Origin: Podarcis liolepis
Lineage: Eukaryota
DNA: 64,000 nt
NCBI GenBank assembly: GCA_965112155.1
Contig: OZ218110.1
Strand: one strand, 5' to 3'
Positions 39,615 through 52,711 of the stretch are shown here, piece after piece. The translations under genes and the position numbers were made by a program. Position 1 is the first letter of the stretch. The number at the start of each line of letters is the position of its first letter. Under the pieces are notes generated by a model. That model was not told where the DNA came from. It saw only the letters and a list, made by a program, of their open reading frames with translations, and did not search any database.

Positions 39615-42600
39615 CTGCAAGAGGAAGTAATAAAGCCAGGTCTGAGCGGTGGGCAGAGTGTGCAGCAACGACTAGACAGCTAGAAAGCAGGAACAGCAGC
39701 AGTAGCAGCAACAACAGCAACTAACTCTATTGCAAGGGCACTCAAAGCTCACAGCTAGAACGCTGGCCAGACTATTTCCCTCTCCGTTCACCAAGACTTG
39801 GGAGGATCACTTGCTCAACACAACTCAAAACTGCAGGACACTCAGCACCATTAAAATGTACAAGTGTTCAATGGCTTGTTCAGATCTAAGACTCAACTTG
39901 AATGTTCCTCAGCCCTGCCCTTCTTGGTGGTAAACTGAAAGCTAAGATTTGGTAGCTGGATCAGGCACAGACAGCAGGAGTCACTCTATCCATGTGTCTA
40001 TGGCAGAATCCTTATTTGCCTGGCATTAATAGGCACTCAAGTGGCCTTGGAATCCAGAAGTGACAGACTGCAAGGGAAATGGACTTAATTAGGAACAACT
40101 AATGTCGGCATACAATCAGGTGAGGCTCACATTTCCATTACAAAACTGGGTGCCAGACAGGACCTTGCTTGCCTCTGTTGAGATTTGGTTAAGCCTGCTG
40201 TCCCCTCTTGCTTGCCACCCTGTCATCCTCCACCGTCCCCAAATCCTCTTAGGAAATGCTGCTTAAGTCACTGTGGCGAAGGTTTGAATAACAACTAGGA
40301 GGAGGAGAAGTGACCAGAGAGAGATTAAGTGTTGCAAAATCAAAGTTGTGAAAAATCCCATATTTTTGTCTGCCACATCTCAGAATCTCTGGAGTCTTCT
40401 AGCACTCAAACGGACTACACCCAGCTAAAGCTGCCAAGTTCCAAAACTGTTCCAAGATAAAGGTGAACTGAGCGCTCTCTCACTCCCCTCCAGTATCCAG
40501 CACAGCAAACATTTCAGACTGAGGAAGGCAAGCTACTTGTTAACATTTAGGCCTCAAGCTTTGGAACCAAGAAACAAAAATTCTTAGCAAAAGTTGCCCT
40601 GATGAGTGTGTGCCAAGCAAGCTATGAAATTACTAGACTCCAGGGATGCACATGCTCTACATCAAAATGATCAAAATTTGCTTGGCCTCCTTTTGGCATA
40701 ATCGAGTCTGATGGGTTCCCACCCCCGTCCCCACTATAATTATATAACTGATCCTGGGGGTTTTTGCTAGTCATGCTGGGGGGGGGGGGGGGCAGGCAGG
40801 GCAGGACAACAAGAAATGGTAGCAGGCAATGAATCCCCACCTGCAATAAGCAGGGCAGTTTGTTCCGCTACATTCCACCCCCCACCCCGGCTTCTGACAT
40901 TTCAGTAGGCATTTGCCCATAAACGTTCAGGCATACCATCACAGTGAAGAGGGCTAGGAATGTGTTAGGGGGCGGGGGGAGAAGAGGAGTGCAAGTGAAA
41001 GCTGACTTTTTCAGGCGGCTGAATTCTGTGCCCAAAGCCTCATTCTGCACTCCATCAGAACTGCAGGACACTGTGCCCTGCCAATCTCCAACATGTATTT
41101 GAAGGACAAGCAACAAAGCACAATGCTGTAAGAGCCGACAGGTGACTGAAAGTTCGATGCACTGCTTACTAAGTTAATTTCCGTACTTTTGCAGCCTGGC
41201 AACAGACCCCTCAGGACTGCACTGCTCAGCATTTCCATGGTTATTGTACAAAGGCAGTGGGGGCAATTCAAGCGTTGCTCTTTTCCTATGCAGAACCTTC
41301 TGGGCCCATCCAGCATTTCCCATCACTGCACTGATATCCATGATCAGAGCCTCTTATCAACTGACTGTGATGTGGAGGTTGCTGCATTTTCTCTTGGCAG
41401 AGGCACAAAGATAAAATGTCTATTTTTAACTTTTGCTATCGTTGGCTGCCAGGGAGGTGGCTCTCCACAAAAGCTAGATGAAGTGACAGGTCATTCATAA
41501 AGAAGTCAAAGCAAGGAGCAAATATGCTGTGGAATCCCAATCCACTAACTCCTCCTTTTACTGGTGGATTGTGTCCAGACCCGTTGACTTTGAGTAGGTG
41601 GCTAGTGAACATTAACACCCCACCTGAAGACTGGCATCCGTCACTCCTAATCTGAATGTTTATCAACTGATTGGCTCAATTTGCACAGAACAATAAACCA
41701 ACTTGGGGAGAACGTCATTTTGCACCTTCTCTGCACTGCTGTGAGCTAAGCCACAGTTTGGCTCAGTGTGTCATCTGAACCCAGGCTCGTGGTTTGTCTT
41801 CTCTAGAAAAACCACAAGCTGTAAAACCAAGAAACCTTGATGATAGCTTGTGGCTTGTCTTGAGTGGCACGAACCACAAGTCCAGGCTCTGATGACACTC
41901 AGGCCAAACCTGCAGTAACAAGAGGATGGGAGCAGAAGCAAAGTGACTGTGATCTCCTCTTCTGGAACCTGCATGCTCAAGTGTTTGTGCTAACCATGGT
42001 TCAGCTTAGTCAGGTTTTCCCTCCCAGCAACTGTAAAAAAACTAACCTCAGCATGTCTGTAGTCAGCTCTCTCAGTGAGATGTTGCATGAACTGTTCAAT
42101 GAGTAATCCTGTTGTAAAGTCTTGCCAGAATTTTCAGGAAACGGCCACGGGAATAAGCAAAAAGACCCAGGAGAGCAGGCCCCAGGGATATTGGAAATTT
42201 GGCAATTATGGGGCATCCTGGAGTTTAGGGGATGGAGGAAGTTGGCTTTTTAAAATAAAGGTACAAACATGTCCACGTCCCGTTCCAAAGGCTTCTGCTA
42301 CTTTGGGGATTCTGTTCTACAAATTATTGAGGTGCACAGGTTGTGCACATAACAGTGACGAATATGCAACCCACACCACAAAGGTAAGGCAGTGGGTCCC
42401 CATTAAGAACATGCAGCTGTTCAACATGTCTTTTGTTTTTAAATGAATATGAAGCTGTTTTCTATGGAAATGGGTATTATTGACCTCTATTATTGATACA
42501 AGAAGGAGGCATCACAAAATGAGATGCTATGAAAAGATGAAGAAAGAATTTCAAGTCACAGATGCAAATATGCCTAATTCTACAAAATGGTTTACAGTGA

Positions 42601-42652
42601 TGGGAGCAATGATCTGGATAAAGACAGAGAGAGAAACTGGCTACAGGCTTAC

Positions 42653-42670
42653 CACCTCCTCCACGGCAGG
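42653..42670 (-). CDS. ATP6V0A1: 18-nt alternative microexon (PAVEEV)
   Basis: cccttgtgttttcaag|CCTGCCGTGGAGGAGGTG|gtaagc; phase 0/0; same position and size as the mammalian P(S/T)EDEV insert. Confidence 0.88.
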
Positions 42671-44107
42671 CTTGAAAACACAAGGGAATATTTGGTTGGT
42701 CATGCATCATTTGATAACACAAGAGCATATCCTCTTTCAGTGCAATATCCTAAAATGCAACTGTGCTCTATCATTGCTGTTGCTGCATTCCACTTCATTT
42801 TGAATTGGTAACAAACTGTGACTTCTCCCCAAGGGAGAGAAGGCCAAGACTGATTTGCCAAACCATCAGCTCTCAGTTTCATCCCTATCATCACAATTTG
42901 AGGGATATTAGTCTAGTTTTACAGTGCTTCTTGTGTACCAGTTGTGAAAAACTCTGAAAGCTTGTAGTGTACATTGTGCATTGTAGGGGTGTATGTGTGT
43001 CAAAGCTCAAAGTTAAGAGCACATACTCTGCATGCATTAAGGACCCACATTTAATCCCTGGCATCTCTAAGGGATTCTCCAAAGGATCTCAGGAAGTAAA
43101 GCTAGGAAAGACTTCCTAACACTCTGGAGAGACACTGTCAATCAAAAGTAGACAGCACTAAGGCTAGGTGGAACTGTCTGATTCAAGATATGGCAGGTTC
43201 ATACATTTGCACCAATGGCAATGCCTATTCTCAGAACTTAAAACTGCTTTCCAGCAAGGAACCCTGAGAATGCTCATTTTATATGAAGGCTAAAACCTCT
43301 GTTAGGACAGCAGGCCTCAGGACAGGACAAGACCCATTACACTGCTCAACTGGCTTACATTTTGAACTGCCACATCACCAACTATAACCAGAGATCCTGT
43401 ATGCTTGAGTTTTTATTAATGTTTCAGGGGTCTAAGCCATCTCAGTAAGATTGCCTTGTACACAAAGGTAGCGTACAAGGATGCCCTCTTCAAACAGTGG
43501 ATAACAAGAGCCTGCACAGCTAAGATGCACCTCCCACCACCCTGAGACATAGTGGTCTGCCTGGAAAAATCGGAAGACCTTCTCCCATGCAGACAAGCAA
43601 ACTGAATGGAAGAACCCTTGTTCAGTTCTCTTTGAAACAAGGGCAGCAGTGATGCAGCCCATTCAGAGGTTTCCCATGGGGAAGCGAGGAGATTGTAACA
43701 GACCCTCAAATCTGACCTGAAGTCTTTACTACCTGCCTTGAAAGGGACCCCCATCCACCACAAACTATTGAGAACTTAAGACACAGCCTCAGCTTATTAC
43801 AACCACCTTTTGAAGGGGGCTGCCCACAGGTTTTTCCAAGTGCCAGAACAAAGACACTACAGGAAGTGTTCCCAAGTGTTAAATTGAGCTTCCCTAGTCT
43901 TAAGAAAATCAGTTACTGGGGCAACACAGTTTCCAAGCAGTCTGCTTTGGCTAGTTTGAGTAAATGTCAGCTGCAAGAGAGGGTAAATGGATACAGACCT
44001 GGTCTGATCTGGTAATATATGTAAGGAGAGTCATAAAAGGTCCACCCCTTCTTGTAACATCTCCCAAACGAAAGTTTGTTGTACAAAGAAAGAATGGGAG
44101 GTCTTAC

Positions 44108-44215
44108 CTCCTCCCCCTCCTCCGAATGGGTTGAGAGCTGGTCGTGCTGGATTATCTCTGCATCTTCTTCAGTTGGGCCATTGCCCACGCGGATCCCACC
44201 AAAATTGAGTGTCCC
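44108..44215 (-). CDS. ATP6V0A1: ATP6V0A1 exon (GTLNFGGIRVGNGPTEEDAEIIQHDQLSTHSEEGEE), 108 nt
   Basis: a1-specific cytosolic loop; tttag| acceptor and |gtaag donor. Confidence 0.97.
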
Positions 44216-46658
44216 CTAAAGCAGACAACAGAGGAGAAAACAAGAGGAGACACACAATCGGTTCATGTTTTAGTATGGAATTGGCATGCAGGGCCATTAG
44301 CAGAACTGGCCCTACCATATGAGAGAGAGAGAAAGAGAGAGAGAGAGAGACTTGCCTCAGGCAACAAATTATGGGTACCAGTACAACAAATTATGGGATT
44401 CCAGCACTTTTGAGCATCAAGAACTGAGCAATTTGTTAAAGTGTTTTGGCTACTAAAGCATGCTTTGGTCTGTTTTCCAGGGCTCCTCCTTCTTCAGAAC
44501 AGCCTAAGCTTGTTCTGCTACGAATCCAAAGGCAGCAAAAGCTGGCGAAACAACATTAGTCTAAAGTAGAGAGCTTACCAGACACTGGACCTCTCAAAAT
44601 GGGAAATTAGGGATTAGGGGCTGGAGGGGTGGGGAGAGAGGAGAAGTAAGAGAAGGAGAGCCAGGAATCAAGAATCTCAAATGCTTTAAAAAAAAAAAAA
44701 GGCTGTACGTATGCAACATCAGCAAGAACTCTCACAATATTCCCTAGAGAACGATGCAATCAGTGGCCTATGAAATAAATAATCTGTTAGCAAGTGAAGA
44801 AATGGACGCAAAGCCTCCTGAACTCTGCTGCTGGGTATGGCTGACACTGTCTGGCTCTTCGACAACACAAGCAGGGAAGACCAGACCTGTCCTTACATGG
44901 GGAGGCCAGGCCAGGCCAAGTCACTCCTTTTTGGGGCATACATTCAGCCATTTGAGACTCTCCAATGTCTGCAGCCTTCATCGGATGCTAGGAAGGAATA
45001 CATTAATAACTATGTTGTTCTTAAAGGCAACTTACTTTGATAAGTCCATAAGGGAGATTCTTTGTAACGTAGATTAATCAGTATTTTTTTAAAAAAAAGA
45101 ACATAGATCTGTCTGTGTGTACACCCTTTGCTGTAAGAAATAGATTTGATATATTCTATAAAAAATTGGCAAAAAGGAAACTCATATTGTTTCTAAGTCT
45201 AACGGGACATACTGTGGAATCTGCAGGCTGCAGAGCACCTGACCACCCCATCCCATTGGCTTCCAATTTCACAGATAGTTACTTGAAAGTCAAATGGGAC
45301 GCCCATACTCAGAGGCAGTATACCTCTGAATACCAGATGTTGAGAAGGTTATCAGCTTCAGTTTCAAGCATGCCAGCTCCAAGAAGCAGCTGGAAAGAAT
45401 GCTGGGCTAATGGGCTTTCTGGTCCTATGTTCTTCAGCCCACCTTTGTAGCCTTGAGGGTTAAAACCATTTCCCACATGAAAGCAAGAAATTCTCAAGTT
45501 ACCAGATTTTTCATGAGCAGCAAATTCCATGTTCTCGCAGCAAGACTGTAGAACACACAACTTTTTTGCCGGGTTAACTGCTAAATACCACACCCCAATT
45601 TCACAGCACTAATCACGTGCTTTGTTCCAAAAACCTGGCATGCCATTCAACTGACTGCAGAAGACTTTCTGGAGTGCAACAGCATACCGAAATGCAAACA
45701 GCTGTTTTGTTCTCCGGCAATTGTCGGTAGGTAGGATACCACTGTCACAACGGCACAGAGAGTTGTGGGCACAATTAAGAACAGCACTGAAGTGGGCAGC
45801 CAGCAACTCAGTGCACTGCCACAAGGATTCCCAAAGCGACCATTAGCTAGCAGGCAGCAAGAAACTGGTGAAGGCCAGAGACGTGAACTCAGAAGGGATG
45901 GCATTGCTGAGGAGACACCACCAATTATGGCACTCTGAAAACATGGGATGCAAATTAAAAACGTACTCGAGAGACAAAAATCCTGGGGAGGATTGTGAAG
46001 AAAGGGAGGGGAGGAAAGCCACAGAAGTGGCAGCTATGCAAAAGCCAAGGGCCTTGGCATCTGGAAAGAGGGGGCTTCCCCCCACATACACACACTAGGG
46101 TGAAGAATCTCTTTGTGCTGCAACCGTGGTTTTCAAACTGTGTGCCCCAGGAACTCTGAGGTTCCTTAGACACTTAGGAGTTCCACAATTAACATTTATA
46201 ATGACAAGGAAGCTGCCCATAAGGCAGCGTTGTCCATCCTTGCCAATTTCCCTTGCAGTGTGCATCCACAGAGGAGAGTTGGGCGCATCCCAAGGCATGC
46301 GCATATACAACTCAGTTTACGATGAACGGCGGCTGGCCCCAACAAACCTGGACAGCACTCCAAGGAAATGAGGGAGGCACACCCTTGAGCACTGCCTAGA
46401 GTCCTCTGCCAAGCACAACTGCAGGAGACCCTTGGCATACACACCAAAGTTTGAAATCCAACCATATTATATGGTTGCGTTGTGTCCCCTGAGCACGTGA
46501 GTGTAGGGTTTGGAAAGAATGAGATTTCTTGGAACGTATCTTTCCGAGGAAAGGGCCGCTGTGCCGTTCCTCCTCCTCGGGGCAGATACTTTCCAAGGCC
46601 CCTGGGCACCTCCCGTTCTCGCCATGTGCATCCTTTTGGCATCTTTTAATCCACTCAC

Positions 46659-46733
46659 TGTTGCAGCCGCCGCTGCCTCTACTGCCTGCGGACTCTGGGC
46701 TGGGCTGACAGGGGGTTCCACGGGCTGCCCTTC
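46659..46733 (-). CDS. ATP6V0A1: Alternative 75-nt cassette exon (EGQPVEPPVSPAQSPQAVEAAAAAT)
   Basis: About 110-nt pyrimidine tract then ctatcag|GAA; ACA|gtgagt donor; phase 0/0 matches the host intron; no stop codon. Confidence 0.8.
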
Positions 46734-47582
46734 CTGATAGCGAATGGAAGGAAAGAAAAGGGGAAAAGGAGGAGAAAAACAAAGAGAAAAGAAGGGAGAC
46801 GAATGGAGGGGTCATGGGGAGATGAGATGGTCAGAGAAGGAAGAGGGAGCGTCTTTAACCGAGCTGCAATTTGAAGGGCTGTTGCATCTTTAACAGCTTG
46901 CCACAAGAACACCACAGCCGCCACGTCTCTGGAGAATCACAGCAGCAGGTTGGTGTCCTTAAAAGCTTAACGCCACCAGCTGCACGACGGGTTTTAGGAC
47001 TAAACCATTCTGAATGTCTCTGCTGATGGAAGGCTATTTTCCTCCAGCAGAACCACACCAGTTCCGCACTCCCAAGTGGCTGCTTGAGCTCATGCTCCCT
47101 TGAGCAGCAACGTCTCACTCTACATGGGCAAATCTCTTCTGAAACCAAATGGGAGATTCAAAAGCCTCTTTTGTGAAACAGGGGCCGGCTGGTCAAAAGA
47201 AAGGGTTTTTTAAAAAATCCCAGTGGGTTGGGGCACACTTAAAGCAGCTCTGTGGATCCCAACCATGGGTGGCAAATGCATGCATATGAACCAGGATTTC
47301 GGATGGATCCAGAAAGCGACCAGTGGTCATGAGAGATGCTGCCTGTTTGCTAAATTACAGCTGTGCCTCTGCCTGCAAGCAGGATTTAAACTGCAATCCT
47401 AAACCTGAAAGCAAGTCGCAATGATTCCAGTACGTTTTCATTCTAAGAAAGTATGCTTAGGACTGAAGTGCTAACAGAGCTCCATCTGGATGCAGATCTC
47501 CGTCGCAGAAATCCAGACTAAACCTCTAGTATCTGAACAAATGAGACCTACAAAGGAAAGAGGGAAAAACAGATTCACCCAC

Positions 47583-47690
47583 CAAGTGCTTTCTTCGCAA
47601 GTACTGCTGGCGAAGGACCAGAGGTTTGGCAACCAGCATCCACGGCACACACAGCAATGCTACCACAACCAGGAAGCACTGGAGCCCTTT
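47583..47690 (-). CDS. ATP6V0A1: ATP6V0A1 exon (KGLQCFLVVVALLCVPWMLVAKPLVLRQQYLRRKHL), 108 nt
   Basis: Lies within ORF 47526..47729; cacag| acceptor and |gtgggt donor. Confidence 0.97.
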
Positions 47691-47978
47691 CTGTGGGGAA
47701 CAGAGATGAGGGAGTGAGATTATCACCAACAGGCAAGCACATTCAGTTCCCTAAGCCCTCCTGCCTGCATTTGAGTGAAGAACCCTTTCAGATTTTTTCA
47801 GGAGAACTTGCCCACACTTCCCTGTTGCCACAGGGTCTAGAAACTTGCTCTTACATCAAAACTCGTATTCTAAAATTGCATAAATGCTAGCAGATACAGA
47901 TGTGTGTGCTCCTGCACAAACCTCACAACAAATGGGAGCTTCTGCATGTTTTCATGTGGTTTGCAAAGGAGTAGTTCT

Positions 47979-48091
47979 TGCTGAAATGCCAAGGTTGCAG
48001 GTTCGATCCCCATACGGGACAGCTGCATATTTCTGCACTGAAGGGGGTTGAACTAGATGATCCTCAGGATCCTTTCCAATTCTATGATTCT
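47979..48091 (+). mobile_element. 5'-truncated tRNA-Ile-derived SINE with CR1-type 3' tail
   Basis: GCCAAGGTTGCAGGTTCGATCCCCATACGGG resembles the 3' half of tRNA-Ile; tail GGGGGTTGAACTAGATGATCCTCAGG..TTCCAATTCTATGATTCT. Confidence 0.75.
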
Positions 48092-48205
48092 TTCCCCTCC
48101 CAGCTCAGCAGTAGATTTCCCCCCCACACACACACACACTTAAAGCCAGAACGAGGAAGGCGCTGCTTTCTGCAAAACAGCTCTTGCCCTCACCAAACCA
48201 CCTAC

Positions 48206-48419
48206 CTGTCCCTTATAAAGCATATTTTCTTCGGACTCATAGGAGAAGAGAAACATGTTGATGAAGTGGATGAGAAGACTTGGTGCCTTCATGGAGTTCT
48301 TAGCATCGTAGGCTGTCCACTTATAGAAAATGAGGATGACCAGATAGCCAAACAGCGATGTCATGAAGACTATTTCAGGGATAAACCCAAGGTAGATGTT
48401 CAGAGGTTTCTTAAAGTAG
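48206..48419 (-). CDS. ATP6V0A1: ATP6V0A1 exon ([27 protein letters not shown]...MLYKGQ), 214 nt
   Basis: Overlaps ORF 48140..48364; tctag| acceptor and |gtagg donor. Confidence 0.97.
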
Positions 48420-48631
48420 CTAGAGGATATGCAAAGAAGAAATTTAAGACCCTGCCTTCAATCAACGGATACAAGAGAGATGTCTCCAACCCTGGAGAGC
48501 TGCTGCCAGTCAGTGCAGACCGTACTGTGCTAGGCACGCCAAAGGTCTGGGCTCAGTATAAGGCAGCTTTCTATGGTCCTGCATCTTCTCAGCCTGTCTA
48601 CTGACTGCTAAACTAAAATGAGCACACTCAC

Positions 48632-48750
48632 ATGTGATTGAGCAGACTGAGAGAGACGCCAAAGATCATGTGGATGATGCCCAGAATGACAGACATCTTC
48701 ATCTTGAAGGAGTTGAGGAAGGTCAGCTTGTTGATGGCGATATTCCAGAT
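48632..48750 (-). CDS. ATP6V0A1: ATP6V0A1 exon ([39 protein letters not shown]), 119 nt
   Basis: [10 protein letters not shown] motif; actag| acceptor and |gtgagt donor. Confidence 0.97.
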
Positions 48751-49221
48751 CTAGTGCAAAGTGCAAAGACCCAAGGGTGTTCAGAACCAAGGAAGAGGAC
48801 AAACAGTGAAACAGCTAACTAAGTACACCCAGACCCATAATATCCTCAGTAACACCCAAAATAATCTGCTCTCCGTAGGAACATTCCTTTTCCTTTATAA
48901 AGCATCCTTGAGACCAAGCATGGCGTGGTGTGTCTTTTATTTTTAAAAATGCTAACCGTGTGTTCATGGCTACAGGAACAACTTTAAGACAGTTTCTGTG
49001 AAAGGCTTTGAGTGTAAAGGATACACCAAGGATCTGGGTGGATCTCCCTCCCCTGTGTTCTCCACATAATTGAAGGCAAGCCTGTCCCCACTGTGAACTT
49101 TGGTCTCAACCTTACTGCCCACTAATAAACCCTGATGTGAGACTACACAATTTGCACTTTAGGGGTGAGTAACTTCAAGGGCATTTCCGTTCCACAGCAG
49201 TAGCATGCCACATTTGACTCT

Positions 49222-49392
49222 AGCGAATCTGCCTTTCATGCAAAAGGTCCCAGGTTCTTAACCCGCAGCTTCTCTAGGTAGGGCTAGGAGAAATTCCTGC
49301 CTGAAACCCTGGAGAGCTGCTGCCAGTCAGTGTAGGCAGTACTAAGATAGACTGACCAATGGTCTGACTCTGCATGAGACAGCTTCCTATGT
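49222..49392 (+). mobile_element. tRNA(Ala)-like squamate SINE (other copies about 43015-43205 +, 48488-48575 +, 13060-13132 -)
   Basis: CATGCAAAAGGTCCCAGGTTC head; CCTGGAGAGCTGCTGCCAGTCAGTG body shared with the 48491 copy; GCAGCTTCCTATG-type end. Confidence 0.75.
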
Positions 49393-49708
49393 ACTTAATT
49401 TGTGAGACAGAGCTGAAAGAGGTACTAGAGTAATTCAGGACTGTAGTGCTTCAGTCTTTTTTAAAAATACTCTCCTACGTAAAGAGCTCCCTTCATAAAG
49501 CAACATCAGTAGGGGAACAGTTCAGCGCAGCCTCCTCCCTGGTTTACTAAGCTTACTGTATGCAGAGAGTTCTTTACACGGTGGCTTCCCAAAAAGAGAC
49601 TTAAGAGAAAGTGGCACAGTTCAGAACTGTACCACCCTGATCAACACTTGCTGTTCAAGAAACAAACAGCTCTACTCATGAACAGTAGCTGCAAGCAGGT
49701 GCTCTTAC

Positions 49709-49799
49709 CGGATCTATGCCAAAGGGATATGCCCCGCCGAAGACACCCTCAATGGCAGGATTTAGCTGAAGGCTGGGATATTCCTTGAGAAGCTCTTCT
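49709..49799 (-). CDS. ATP6V0A1: ATP6V0A1 exon (EELLKEYPSLQLNPAIEGVFGGAYPFGIDP), 91 nt
   Basis: YPFGIDP motif; cacag| acceptor and |gtaag donor. Confidence 0.97.
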
Positions 49800-50087
49800 C
49801 TGTGGGCAAGAGAGCAGAAAGCTATAAACAAAGAATGACTGGAGGAGTACAACACAGGCACTATAGTGGAGTGCATCTTTGGCACAGCTGGGGGGCAGGG
49901 GAGGCGGGGTGGGAAACAGCTCTGGTTCTTTAGTTCCACACAGAGAATGCGCTAGTCACACAGGAGGTGCTGCTGCATCCCTGCCATGTCCTCCTCTTCC
50001 CACCCACCCCTCCCGCATTAGCACACTGCTCAGAGCGAGCATTTCACAGGCCTTCCTTGTGTCTTTGTGAGCATCTCATCAACTTAC

Positions 50088-50245
50088 GACCAGTTGGATT
50101 TCAGAAACATTGGCCGGACGCTCCAGGATGAGCCAAACACATTGAGAGACTTTGAGAAGCAGTCGTTATAGATCAGGCCGGTATAAATGGAGAAAGAACC
50201 CATCAGGAGAATGATGTAGCGGCCGCAGAAAATGGTGCTGAACAT
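50088..50245 (-). CDS. ATP6V0A1: ATP6V0A1 exon ([53 protein letters not shown]), 158 nt
   Basis: [22 protein letters not shown] motif; gccag| acceptor and |gtaagt donor. Confidence 0.97.
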
Positions 50246-50871
50246 CTGGCCAGTAAACAAGAGGAGGAGAATTTGGGGGCGGGGGGGGGAAGAGAGATAT
50301 AAAAAATACGAGTTGCATAATCAAGACATTGTTGTCTCCCCACCGCTGTCACCCCTCAGAGAAGGACACTGCGACCAAAGACAAGGGAAATCTCTGTCCA
50401 CCTTATTCCAGGGCTTGAGAGGTCACAGGCCTGATCCAGACGTACAGAGACTTACTGAAAATGCCTGCCTGCTCTGCCCAGGGAAAGGAGGCAGAAAAAC
50501 ACCAGAAAGTGCAAAGCTTCCTTCTTCAAATTTGAATGCCAAACAAGTTTCCAGTAGATGTGACTAAATTAAGTGAAGCTTATTTGCACCCCTGCCATTC
50601 TCCAGACCAAATTCTAGTACCTCTCAAAGCATACTAGCCTTATGGCAGCATGCAAAGCTTTTCTGCTTTTTAAAGGTTGCAAAAGTCGCAACTCTGCCAG
50701 GAAAGGACCTCGCTAATTCTTGCTATTCTTTAGATTACAATGAATTCTTCATATTGAAGATGGAATCAAATACTTCGCAAGGAGCCGGAGACTGATCTTC
50801 CACTTTCGCTTTCATTCCCAACGCCACACCCTGCCCAAATTGGGGTGTGTGTGTGTGTTTGCCGTCAATAC

Positions 50872-51011
50872 CTCGTTGTCGCTCTTCTGTGACAGGATAC
50901 GGCTCTCCCGGATCACCATCCACACACCAAACAGCGTCATGAGAATTCCGTGGCCGACATCCCCAAACATCACAGCAAACAGGAACGGGAAGGTGATGAT
51001 AGTGTATGGAG
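50872..51011 (-). CDS. ATP6V0A1: ATP6V0A1 exon ([22 protein letters not shown]...SQKSDNE), 140 nt
   Basis: [16 protein letters not shown] transmembrane motif; GT-AG boundaries. Confidence 0.97.
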
Positions 51012-52560
51012 CTGGGGGGGATGCAAGTGAAGGTAAGTGCATGATGGACAATGCAGCCCATCTCTTGGGAGAGGCAGCCATCCCACGACCAGTTCTGGAC
51101 CGCTAGCCCTATGGACTCCTTATATGAGCTGGCTTAGCGCATTCTGAAAATCCACTGCCTCACTGGCAATTTTTTAGGCGGCAAACGCAATGAATACTTG
51201 AAGCCATATCCTTAGATATATCAAAGTGGATAATATTATACTGTGTAGTAGACTGCTACATGCACCTAACTAAATAGCCTTAGTAAAGTTGTTCTGCTCA
51301 GACTACTACTATGTCTTCTTTCCATACCACTCAGGGCTGTAGGATGCTACTTGGCCATTCTGCTGAACTCTGCGCAACTGACTCGGAAGACTAGACGTTC
51401 TCTCTTTCAGAAGCCTATGCAGCCCTGAAGAAAAAAGCCACCACTCATCCAGCTTTACAATATTTCACAGAAGTCCTTGTGTAAGGAAATGAGCTTCACA
51501 CTCATTTAAATTGGATTAAAAAGTAAGCCGACATATCAGCTCACTCATTTCCCCTTCTCGGTGCTCAGATTCCTCTCTAACAGAGCCTTCTTTCTCTCTG
51601 ACCAAAAAACCCCCCAACCCTTGTCCTTCTGCTCTACAGAAGTTGCTTAGTTTTCATGAAGGAGATGCTGCGTTAAGCTAGCAAAGGAGCAATTCTGCTT
51701 CTGAGGTAAGGGAAATTAACTAGCTTGGGATAAGACAATGTATTTCAAACCTAATTATTTTTCAAATGCTAACATATCCTGTATGAACTAGCACAGCTGC
51801 CTATTTCCCCAAGAGAGTATTTAATAGCTTCATGGAGATGTCGTTTAACAATAAATGTTAGACATGGCAAGTGAGAGCTACAACAAAATACTGCAGTGTG
51901 AAGTGTTCCTATTCAGGGTTCCAGCCATCCACATCCTTTTCCAATTCTCAGTTCTACCCTGCCAGCCAGCATTATGTACCTATTGTGCATGCTCAGCCCT
52001 TAATTAACTGTGGGATGTTTTTTGTGGGGTAGGGGGATCCCCTAAATATTTTTCCTACTTTTACAAATCTCGACGTTCCCATGAGCCTGCTGATACCTCC
52101 CTTTCTATTTTATTTATTAATTTATTAATCACCTTCTACACGTGCCTCAAGAAGATTGGCAAGCATACCTTAAAAGCCATAAAGTTTTGTGTCTTTTTTA
52201 TTATTCATTATACTTTCCATTATCCCTCTGCAGGAAGCTGAGAAGCAGTTTACATGGGGTTCCTGGCAGCCTCCCATCCAAACACATGCCTCCTTGGCTT
52301 CCTTGGTTCTATATGGATTTGGTTCACTATGTTCATAAATCTGTTTAGTTTCTGAGGGTGGTGGTGGTGGTGGTGAAGAGATCTATGCTGCAGTCGTATT
52401 TGCTAAGAGTCAACCCTCCCCCACCCCAAGCAACATCAGTTCCTCTCCACATAGGGTTATGCAGATGCACAAGCCAGAGAGAACAGACAGATCAAGCTTC
52501 TTCGACAATTTATCAGGTGCTAGAAGGAAAGGCTGCTTTTGGTAGGCCAGACGCCATTAC

Positions 52561-52711
52561 CTGGATTGATCTCACGATAGGTTCCAATGCCATAGGCATC
52601 TACGATGTTCTGAAACCCAGAGGTGAACTTGTTTGTCTTGTTGTATGTGGGTGGCGTCTGGTTGGTCTGCATCCTATTCAGGATGGAGGGGACAGTGGAT
52701 CCGCTGTGCTC
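52561..52711 (-). CDS. ATP6V0A1: ATP6V0A1 exon ([50 protein letters not shown]), 151 nt
   Basis: [24 protein letters not shown] motif; GT-AG boundaries. Confidence 0.97.

Noticed and set aside
46860-46928. Second cassette exon upstream of the 75-nt exon
   Set aside because: In-frame TAA and a poor donor (GTTAAA)
47978-48604. 208-aa plus-strand ORF
   Set aside because: Antisense shadow of an ATP6V0A1 exon joined to SINE sequence; no recognisable protein
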